Below the pieces are notes generated by a model. It was given only the letters and a program-made list of their open reading frames with translations. It made no database searches and was not told where the DNA came from. A program made the translations under genes and the position numbers. Of a stretch of DNA of 64,000 nt, positions 52,393-59,759 are shown piece after piece. Positions within the stretch are counted from its first letter, which is position 1, and each line of letters begins with the position of its first letter. This stretch comes from Deltaproteobacteria bacterium (lineage in GTDB: Bacteria; Desulfobacterota; GWC2-55-46), in contig JACREU010000081.1 in the NCBI GenBank assembly GCA_016212705.1, positions 19,629 through 83,628 of the forward strand, given 5' to 3'.

Positions 52393-54027
52393 TCAATTAT
52401 TTGCCCGCGCTCCGGCGTACTGGTCAAGCCTCGCGCTCTCGTTTATTTTTTCTATTATGGCGGACATGCTTTCGCGGTCGCCGACGATGAGGTAATGCCC
52501 GACCTTGTCCCTGAACTCCCGGTAGCCCATCCCGCAATGCCTGGAGACGAGGGCCGTGTCGTCCATGACCTGCGTAAGCAGGCCCTCGTCCTCGAGGCGT
52601 TTCGCGAAGGCTGTCGATCCCAGGGCTATCTCTGAAAAATGCCTGCCGTTTATCCTGTATTCGAGCGGCCTCCAGAGCGTCGGAGGCAGGCAGAGGGCGG
52701 GCGTGAAGAACATGAGGTCGTCGAAGTAGTCGGCGGAGAGCTCTATCCCGTACTTTTCCGGGAAGTCGCCCCACTCGCTCCTCGGTGAGACTATGGGGGC
52801 GCAGACGTAGACCGCGTCGGGCCGGGTCTCCTTTATGAATGCGAAGGTGTCGCAATCGGTCTCTTCCGTCCCGCCGGGCGGGGGGTAGACGAAGCTCGCC
52901 ACGGTGAAAAGGCCGCTCTCCCTGCACTCGCGTATAGTTTTTTTGGCGCGCTCGAGGTCGAGGCCCTTGTTTATGTAGCGGTCGAGATGTGCCTGGTTGC
53001 CGGACTCTATCCCGAAGAAGATGGAGAAACACCCGGAGCGCCTCAATGTATCGAAGGACCCCTGGTCGAGGTTGTTTATGTGGCTTATGAGGGCGTACTC
53101 GATGTCGAGCCCCTGAGAGATTATTTTTTCCGCGACGTCTTTTATAAGGAACCCCGGGGTGTTCGAGTCCCCGTTCCTGAATATGCGCGTCCCGTGGTTT
53201 TCGATGACGTGGCGGAATTCCTGAAGGATATGCTCCGAGGTCTTGCACCTCCAGCGCGCGCCGCTTTTCATCGAGTGCCCGCAGAAGTGGCACTTAAAAG
53301 GGCATCCCCGGCTGAACTCGGAGATGAACATCTTGAGCTTCTTATTCCCCGAGAGCGCCGGGTAGGTCTCTGCGTCGTAGACGGGGAAGGAGAGGCTCAA
53401 GTCCTCGAGCCTTCTTTCGCGTGTAGTTATTATCTCCGAGCCGTCCCTGAAGATGAGGTTCGGGACCGCGCCGTACCCTTTTTTGGCGGCTACGCTCTCC
53501 GCGAGCGCAACAATAGTCTCCTCGCCCTCGCCGTAGGCGAGGGCGTCGAAGACGCCCGTCACCTTGTAAATCCTCTCCCTGAAGTAATCGACATGAGGGC
53601 CGCCGCCGAATATGGGGATGTGGGGCAGGCGCTTTTTTATCCCGTCAGCGAGCTTTATGCAGTTTTCAAAGCCCTTGCCGGTCCAGAGCTTCATGCCGAT
53701 GAAGTCGGCCTTTTCCCGCACGGCGGCCGCGCTTATCTCAGAGGCCTTTCTCTCGATATCCTCGTCCTGTATCCTGTCTATCGCAACCCTTATCCTCTCG
53801 AGCTCGCCGGAGTGCGCCTCGTTGCCCTGCCTTAGCGAATAGAGCCGCTCCCCGAGTTCGCGGGGCAGGAGCTCCATCACATCAAGGGTGTTGTAGTCGA
53901 GTATCCTGGTCACGTGCCCCTGGGATTTAAGCGACCCCGCGAGGACGGCGAGGCCGTTGTCCGGAAAAAAGGCGTGCGGTGAAGTCGGGTAGCCCGAGTA
54001 GTTTATGAGGAGGCTTCTGCTCTTCAT
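52393..54027 (-). CDS. Cobalamin-binding-domain (class B) radical SAM enzyme
   Basis: 544 aa. The N-terminal Rossmann-like B12-binding region (...FIGMKLWTGKG...IPIFGGGPH...) is followed by the radical SAM core with SRGCPFKCHFCGH (CxxxCxxC). Confidence 0.82.
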   Translation of the reverse strand: MKSRSLLINYSGYPTSPHAFFPDNGLAVLAGSLKSQGHVTRILDYNTLDVMELLPRELGERLYSLRQGNEAHSGELERIRVAIDRIQDEDIERKASEISAAAVREKADFIGMKLWTGKGFENCIKLADGIKKRLPHIPIFGGGPHVDYFRERIYKVTGVFDALAYGEGEETIVALAESVAAKKGYGAVPNLIFRDGSEIITTRERRLEDLSLSFPVYDAETYPALSGNKKLKMFISEFSRGCPFKCHFCGHSMKSGARWRCKTSEHILQEFRHVIENHGTRIFRNGDSNTPGFLIKDVAEKIISQGLDIEYALISHINNLDQGSFDTLRRSGCFSIFFGIESGNQAHLDRYINKGLDLERAKKTIRECRESGLFTVASFVYPPPGGTEETDCDTFAFIKETRPDAVYVCAPIVSPRSEWGDFPEKYGIELSADYFDDLMFFTPALCLPPTLWRPLEYRINGRHFSEIALGSTAFAKRLEDEGLLTQVMDDTALVSRHCGMGYREFRDKVGHYLIVGDRESMSAIIEKINESARLDQYAGARANN

Positions 54028-54155
54028 GAGGCCCGTCGCGGCATTGGACTTGAATCGCGTCCACGCGCTGGGCCCCCCTTAAGTTTAACGGGAGGCCTTT
54101 TAAGTTTAGGGGCAGCCTTTAGTTTGGCTTGACCGGGTCGAGTGTCTTTAAGGGG

Positions 54156-54188
54156 ATTATAATCGGGGCAAGGTGACAGATAGGTGAC
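54156..54188 (-). promoter_or_regulatory. Activator-type promoter of the rSAM/GNAT operon: two GTCACCT heptamers at 11-bp spacing plus a perfect TATAAT
   Basis: The minus strand reads GTCACCT(54188-54182)-atct-GTCACCT(54177-54171)-tgccccgat-TATAAT(54161-54156). There is no -35 hexamer. Confidence 0.5.
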
Positions 54189-54230
54189 GGATTAGGGGGT
54201 GTGAGGCAAGAGGCTTAAAAAAACGGGGTG

Positions 54231-57200
54231 TTATCTTACGGCGGAAAGGGAGAGGTAGATGTTTTTCGTCCTGGGAGAGGGCGCTATGCCGAGGACCTCT
54301 TCGAGCCCCCTCTCAAGGCGCTTGTACAAGACGAGGGCCTCGCCGCTCCTCCCATGTTTTTCGAGTAAGACCATGAGCTTTTGGTAGAGTTCCTCGGAGA
54401 GGGACTCTACCGCTATCCCCCTACGGTAGCATTCGATCGCCTTCCCGGCGTCTCCGGCCTTTTCCCAATGGGAGCCGAGGCTTGCGACCGCGCTTATGTA
54501 CCTTTCCCTGACGCCATCGTAAAAGAGTACGACCCAGGGGTTCTCGTCCGGCTCTATCTGGAAGCCCCCGCCGTAGAGCTCTATGGCATCCTCAAGCGCC
54601 TTTACGGGGGAATCGGTCTTTCCGTGGAAAGGCTTCGCGTCGTCGACCGCCTGGTTGAACTTCCAGACGTCGACCCAGGCGTAGCGCGCATTCAGCGCGA
54701 GCCTGCCATCTTTGAGGAGCACCGCGTCCTCGATCCCGATGAGGGACCGGAGGCGCTTGAGCGTTGTAGTGAAGGCCACATGCGCCGCGTCCCCTTCGGA
54801 ATCGTGCCAGAGCGCGTCGGATATCCTGCTCTCGGGGACGTTCCTGCCGCCGAAGGAGATGAGGAGTTTGAGCATCTCGATGAGTTTTTTCGGGGTCTTT
54901 CTGCCGAACTGCGTCTGAACGCCGTCCTTATACACAGCGAACCTGCCGAGGGTATAAATTTTAAGGCGCCAGGGCCACTCGTCAAGCCCTAAAGGCGGGG
55001 TCTCCGGGAAGAGGTACCTCTCCCTTATGAGCCTCTTCGCGTAATCGGGTTCAATCCCCTCCTCTATGGCCAGCGCGCAGAGTTCCGCCATTATGTCGGT
55101 CCGCCACATGTGAAAGTTGACGAAGCCCTGCCTGGACCCGAGCGAGAAGGCCTCCTTGAGCTTATCGGCCGCGGCGCGGCGTTTGCCGCTTTCGAGCGCG
55201 AACCAGGCCTCGAAGACCGAGGCGACGAAGACGACGAGCTTGCTACCCGTGCGCATTGCGAGCGCGCGGGCGCGCGCGGCCTCCTCGAAGCCCTTGAGCC
55301 TTTCGCCGAGCTCGAAGCGCACAAGCGCGAGCCCTGTCCTGGACATCGCCTCGGCAAAGGGCGAGCCCATCTCCATCGCGAGGCCCAAAGAGAGCTTTTC
55401 GTGCTCGAGCGCGCCGGGGAGGTCTTTCGTAAGGAGCCTGTGGCAGGCCTCTATGTGGTGGTAATATGACGCGCAGAACCTTCTCCTCTCGTCCATGGCC
55501 GAGGCGGCTTTTTTGAGGAATCTCTCGGCCCCGCTCAAGTCCCCGGATGTGAGCGAGCAGACCGCGCCGTGTCCGTAAAGGAAGTAGTCGAAGATATTCA
55601 TGCCCTTGGCCTCGGAGGTACGGAGCCCCTCTCTTACCGTGGCCACGCACGCGTCGAGCTTGCCCCGGTACAGGGAGTTAAGCGCCTCCGAGAGCTTTAT
55701 GGCGACCTGCGCGAAAGGGGAGTGGTCCCGGCGCTTCGCCATGCTTGAGAGCCGCTCGACTATCATATTGGCCTTTTCGAGGTCTCCGGTCCAGACGAAG
55801 TAATCAACGAGGCACAGACCCGTCTGCGCATAAGCGTCGGGGTCGGGGATTTCGTCAAGGAGCGAGAGGGTCTTCTCCGCCCAGAGGCCCATATCCGGGT
55901 GGGCCGGGGCCCTGAACGAGAGCGCGAGAAACATGAAGAGCGTTGAGCGGACCTCGACCTCCTTTGATGGGAACGTCCCGTATTCCTTGAGCAACCCGTC
56001 GAATACGGCTATCCAGCGGTCCAGGGGCTTCAGGTTGTCAAAGCGGTGTATAAGCGCTTCTACCGCCCCGGACCAGCTCATGAAGACGCCCTGCTGGTCT
56101 CCGGAGGCGCGCGCGGCCTCGAAGGCCTTCTCGAAGAATAAAACGGACTTTTCCTGGTCGAAGTGAAAATAGCACCGCCCCTTCCAGAACCACAGGGAAG
56201 GGTTCCCGGCCATCTCCTCTTCCCCCATGCCCTCCAGCCAGTCCTTGAGCGTTAGGTATCTGCCTTGCCGCAGGAGCGAGGGCGCCTCCCGACAGATAAG
56301 TTCGCCGAGCGAGACCTTGTCATCGGCGCGGAGGAAGAGCGTGGCGGCCTCTTCCGGGTATCCGTTCTCCGCGAGTATCCCGGCGGCCCTCTTCTCTATT
56401 GCCGCAAGTGATGGAGGGGCCGTCTCCCGCTTAAGCCTGGATGATAGGAACTCCCTGAAGAGGTTGTGGTACTGATAGCTCTCCTCCTCGCCCGAGTGGC
56501 TCTGGATGAAGTAGTTCTTTTCCACAAGCTCTGAGAGCATCGCCCCGGAGCGTTTGTTCCCGGTAAGCGCCTCCGCCATCCCCGGGGTCATCACCGGGAA
56601 TAGAGACGTCTTAAGCAAAAACCCCCTGAAGTCGGCCGGGAGCTTCTGGAAGAAGCCGGACGCGAAGTAGTCGAATACCTCCGTTGGGTTGTGTCTGTCT
56701 ATCCGCTCAGTGCCGAAGTCTTCGGTTTCGCTGCCGAGGAGGAGGACGAGGCCGGCGAGCCACCCGTCTGTGGAGGACAGGAGGTTACGGACCTGCTCGT
56801 CGGTCAAGTGCCTGCCGCGCTTCCTGTAGGCTATGCCGCGGACCTCGTCAGGCGTCAAGCGGAGTTCCTCCCAGGAGACCGTCTCCATGGAGCTGGCGAG
56901 CCGCATCCTCGAGAAGACAGGCGGAGGGGCGCCCCTGCTTATTATAAGGACGTTCGATTTCCTGGGGAGCGCGTCCAGGCCTTCGTGGATTATCTCGTGT
57001 AGGGCGGACTCAAAGGTAGCCTCCTGGAAGTTGTCGAATACGATAAGGGCCTTGGGGCCCAGGCGCGAGTAGAGTTCTGAAAAGTACTCGCGCGAGAAGG
57101 CCTTGAGGCCTAACGCGTATTCCGGGGTGAAGTGGGGTAGCGGCTTTTTTTTTCTGGGATTGGCCTTAAGGGCGGCAAGCCCCATGTAATGGAAGAAGGA

Positions 57201-57428
57201 GCCGGGGTCGCTGTCGCCGCGGTCTACCTGGTACCAGACGCAGGAGAGCTTCCTGGCCTCTATGTAGCTCGCCACAAGGGTCGTCTTGCCCGAGCCCGGC
57301 GGGGCGTGGACCCAGATGAGGGGTTTTTCCCTGCACTTATCGAGGATGCTGAAAAATTTGTCGCGGAAAAATATGTTCTGCGGGGCGGGCCTTGTTATCT
57401 TGGCGAGTGATTCAGGGAGGTTTTTCAT
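54231..57428 (-). CDS. Large STAND-type regulator: MalT-like ATPase N-terminus, TPR-like helical middle, C-terminal SARP module (OmpR-type wHTH + BTAD)
   Basis: 1065 aa. P-loop VHAPPGSGKTTLV followed by VWYQVDRGDSDP (MalT-like). The C-terminus has LKIYTLGRFAVYKDG...TLKRLRSLIG (wHTH), then WVDVWKF...ELYGGGF...EELYQKLMVLLEKHGRSGEALVLYKRLE (BTAD). Confidence 0.75.
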   Translation of the reverse strand: MKNLPESLAKITRPAPQNIFFRDKFFSILDKCREKPLIWVHAPPGSGKTTLVASYIEARKLSCVWYQVDRGDSDPGSFFHYMGLAALKANPRKKKPLPHFTPEYALGLKAFSREYFSELYSRLGPKALIVFDNFQEATFESALHEIIHEGLDALPRKSNVLIISRGAPPPVFSRMRLASSMETVSWEELRLTPDEVRGIAYRKRGRHLTDEQVRNLLSSTDGWLAGLVLLLGSETEDFGTERIDRHNPTEVFDYFASGFFQKLPADFRGFLLKTSLFPVMTPGMAEALTGNKRSGAMLSELVEKNYFIQSHSGEEESYQYHNLFREFLSSRLKRETAPPSLAAIEKRAAGILAENGYPEEAATLFLRADDKVSLGELICREAPSLLRQGRYLTLKDWLEGMGEEEMAGNPSLWFWKGRCYFHFDQEKSVLFFEKAFEAARASGDQQGVFMSWSGAVEALIHRFDNLKPLDRWIAVFDGLLKEYGTFPSKEVEVRSTLFMFLALSFRAPAHPDMGLWAEKTLSLLDEIPDPDAYAQTGLCLVDYFVWTGDLEKANMIVERLSSMAKRRDHSPFAQVAIKLSEALNSLYRGKLDACVATVREGLRTSEAKGMNIFDYFLYGHGAVCSLTSGDLSGAERFLKKAASAMDERRRFCASYYHHIEACHRLLTKDLPGALEHEKLSLGLAMEMGSPFAEAMSRTGLALVRFELGERLKGFEEAARARALAMRTGSKLVVFVASVFEAWFALESGKRRAAADKLKEAFSLGSRQGFVNFHMWRTDIMAELCALAIEEGIEPDYAKRLIRERYLFPETPPLGLDEWPWRLKIYTLGRFAVYKDGVQTQFGRKTPKKLIEMLKLLISFGGRNVPESRISDALWHDSEGDAAHVAFTTTLKRLRSLIGIEDAVLLKDGRLALNARYAWVDVWKFNQAVDDAKPFHGKTDSPVKALEDAIELYGGGFQIEPDENPWVVLFYDGVRERYISAVASLGSHWEKAGDAGKAIECYRRGIAVESLSEELYQKLMVLLEKHGRSGEALVLYKRLERGLEEVLGIAPSPRTKNIYLSLSAVR

Positions 57429-57686
57429 CGATAGATTCGGCCCCGCGAGATTAAGATGTGGTGCGATTAGGCGAGTCCCCGGAGCGGTTCCTGATCCATA
57501 ATGTTTCGGTGTCTTTAATTTTCCAGAAATCGGGGCGATTAGTCAACAAATGTTTTGCGGGACGCCGATTTTTTTTGAATTCTGACGGTTATCATTCCAG
57601 CAGGCGTTTCAGCCCGTCCTGCCCCGGCCTAATCATACATTAACGATTCCCATGTAATATTGGCCCTGAAAGGGGTGAATGCCATT

Positions 57687-58121
57687 ATGAAATTGATTTT
57701 TAAGGTTATTCCCGCACTCCTCGTCAGCTATCTCCTCTCCGCGTCTTTCGCCCATGCGTCAAGCCATATTATCATTTTTACGGGCGAAAGGCTCTCTGCC
57801 ACGGAAGGTAGAAGGCTCAATTGCGGGGGCAAACTGCGGGCGCTTGTAAAGGATGTCTCCGGAAAAGGGGAACACACCCTTGAGGCGAGGTGGATAGGGC
57901 CCGAAGGCAAGGTGAGGCAGTATTCGAGGCAGAAGGTAGTAGTCGGGGCCGGGCCTGTCGACGCGCTGGTGTGGCTTGAGTTTGATCAGGCGCCTTGCGC
58001 TGAAGAGCCGGCGGGCTTTAGCGACGCCGGGGCAATAAAGAGGTTCGGTCACTGGAAGGTGGAGGTGTCCCTCGACAGCCGCCTTGTGGAGAGCGCCGAG
58101 TTTGTTGGTTCATGTTGTTAA
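57687..58121 (+). CDS. Small secreted hypothetical protein
   Basis: ATG 57687 gives MKLIFKVIPALLVSYLLSASFAHA, a signal peptide. The C-terminus ends GSCC. Confidence 0.5.
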   Translation: MKLIFKVIPALLVSYLLSASFAHASSHIIIFTGERLSATEGRRLNCGGKLRALVKDVSGKGEHTLEARWIGPEGKVRQYSRQKVVVGAGPVDALVWLEFDQAPCAEEPAGFSDAGAIKRFGHWKVEVSLDSRLVESAEFVGSCC

Positions 58122-58140
58122 GGTAGCCTTAATATGGACG

Positions 58141-58863
58141 CTATCCGATATCGTCCTCGGCGGCGATCCGCGCGCCCGCCTTTGCGGCATGGAGCCAGCC
58201 TTCGTCCCTGCCGCTGAAGGGCGTCCTTTTGCAGACGATCAGGTGGTCGTGGACAAGGAGGTCTATGGCGAGCGCGGCCCTCTCGAGCGTTCTCGCGAGC
58301 TGTCTTTCGGAGGGGATATCCGCAGAGAGTGCGCCGGGCACGGCGCGGATGAAGACTACCGCGCGCGCGTTGTGCCTTATCGCGAGCTCCACGGCCTTTC
58401 TCGAAACCGCCACAGGGCTTTCGATGTTGCCGTCATGGATAAGCTCCGTTGAGAGGACTTCGTTCCTTGCGTTCAGGTATATGGCAAGGAGCCTCTCGCC
58501 CTTCAAGCCCTTGAGCGAAGCCCTCAGGAGCCTGATGGCGTCTTTTTTTTCGTTGACGGTCTCAAGCTTTGGGCCGGCCCCGGCTATGTAGCCCTCCCGC
58601 ATCTTTTTTATGGCGGATATGAGGGAGGCGGCCTTTTGCGGGACGCCTTTTGTCGACTTGAGTTCGTCTTCGTTTGCCGCAAGGACGGAGTTTAAGTCCC
58701 TGAACCTCTCGAGGAGCGCCTTTGAGGCGGTCTTAAGCCCCTTTTCCGGCACCGAATACGAAAGAAGGAGCTCGAGCGCCTCAGAGGGTGTGAACCCTTC
58801 GATGCCCGAGGCCTTGAACCTCTCCCGGAGCCACTTTTTGGCCTTTAATGTGCCGTTCTTCAC
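58141..58863 (-). CDS. RadC-like (UPF0758) protein with a degenerate JAB/MPN metal site
   Basis: 240 aa. An N-terminal HhH region (LLERFRDLNSVLAANEDELKSTKGVPQKAAS) is followed by a RadC core in which the expected HNHPSG...PSxxD is replaced by IRAVPGA...PSERQ (58300-58353). Confidence 0.72.
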   Translation of the reverse strand: MKNGTLKAKKWLRERFKASGIEGFTPSEALELLLSYSVPEKGLKTASKALLERFRDLNSVLAANEDELKSTKGVPQKAASLISAIKKMREGYIAGAGPKLETVNEKKDAIRLLRASLKGLKGERLLAIYLNARNEVLSTELIHDGNIESPVAVSRKAVELAIRHNARAVVFIRAVPGALSADIPSERQLARTLERAALAIDLLVHDHLIVCKRTPFSGRDEGWLHAAKAGARIAAEDDIG

Positions 58864-58884
58864 TTGAATAATCCGGAAGCCCTG

Positions 58885-59508
58885 TCAGCGACGCATTCCA
58901 AAAAGGCTCTTCTCCCTTATATAATCCTCTATGGCGTCGCGCGTCTTTTCGTCATCCGTCAAAAACTTTACGCCCATCTTGTTGCCGTCGCCTATCCAGA
59001 CGACCCTCCCCCTGATGGCGCAAGTCTCCACTTCGTCTCTCTTCAGATGGACTGTTATCTCCTTCCATAGCCTGTCCAATGACACGTTTTTGCCGTCTAT
59101 GCAGACGCCGGATACGCTCAAGTTCACGATGTTGCCCTGGAAGATAAGGCGGTTGATGGAGTATTCAACCCCGTTGTCATTGAGCGCGTGCCTTGCCTCG
59201 TCCCTGCAACCGTCGAGGAGCTCCTTAAGGTTATTAATGAACATCTTCATGGACCTTAATGAGATATTGTCGACCTTCTCGGAGTTCTTAAGGCCTGCGG
59301 CCTCTTTTTCCGCCTCAAGTATGAGCCTTCTGTACCTGGGCACGCTCTTGAAAAGGACGTCTCTCGCGATGAGGAAGGGCCCGGCCGCGACATAGAGGTC
59401 TTTTACGGGAATTACCTCGGTACACCCCGGACAGACCATCTCAGCGGCCCTGGTCTTGAAAGGGAGGTGAATCCACTCCTGGCAACCTGGACATTCCATT
59501 TTAAGCAT
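58885..59508 (-). CDS. Zinc-ribbon / PilZ-domain protein
   Basis: 207 aa with N-terminal CPGCQEW...CPGC and a C-terminal PilZ-like beta-barrel (GNIVNLSVSGVCIDG...IRGRVVWIGDGNKMGVKF). Confidence 0.65.
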   Translation of the reverse strand: MLKMECPGCQEWIHLPFKTRAAEMVCPGCTEVIPVKDLYVAAGPFLIARDVLFKSVPRYRRLILEAEKEAAGLKNSEKVDNISLRSMKMFINNLKELLDGCRDEARHALNDNGVEYSINRLIFQGNIVNLSVSGVCIDGKNVSLDRLWKEITVHLKRDEVETCAIRGRVVWIGDGNKMGVKFLTDDEKTRDAIEDYIREKSLFGMRR

Positions 59509-59581
59509 GGCAGAGTTTTATAGTTGAGATTAGAGGGTTTTGAACCAAAAGGCCCGTTTTACTAAAAACTGTAATTGATAT

Positions 59582-59597
59582 TCAAGATATGTGCCAA
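59582..59597 (-). promoter_or_regulatory. Candidate sigma-54 (-24/-12) promoter upstream of the PilZ gene
   Basis: The minus strand reads TTGGCACatatcTTGAa. The GG-N10 spacing is correct, and the -12 element is TTGA rather than TTGC. Confidence 0.35.
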
Positions 59598-59709
59598 TTG
59601 TAAAAACGGATGGGATAGGTTTTTTTATGAGATAAAACAACTACTTTAATTTTTGAAATTCGGCGGGGTGGTGAGGCTGGCGTAAAAAAGTGTACCATGA
59701 TTACTTAGC

Positions 59710-59739
59710 TGTAATGTTACACATATGTGACATGTTACA
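59710..59739. promoter_or_regulatory. Two dyad-symmetric sites (candidate enhancer/UAS)
   Basis: tgtaa-tg-ttaca (59710-59721) and tgtgacatgttaca (59726-59739), with the palindrome cacatatgtg between them. They lie about 115-155 bp upstream of the candidate -24/-12 element. Confidence 0.3.
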
Positions 59740-59759
59740 CTTTAAATATGGGAATGGGC

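Noticed and set aside
54129-54163. A plus-strand promoter reading of the same palindromic attataat (TTGACC at 54129 and TATAAT at 54158).
   Set aside because: The spacer would be 23 nt, and transcription would run antisense into the regulator gene with no plus-strand target. The minus-strand reading fits the downstream operon.
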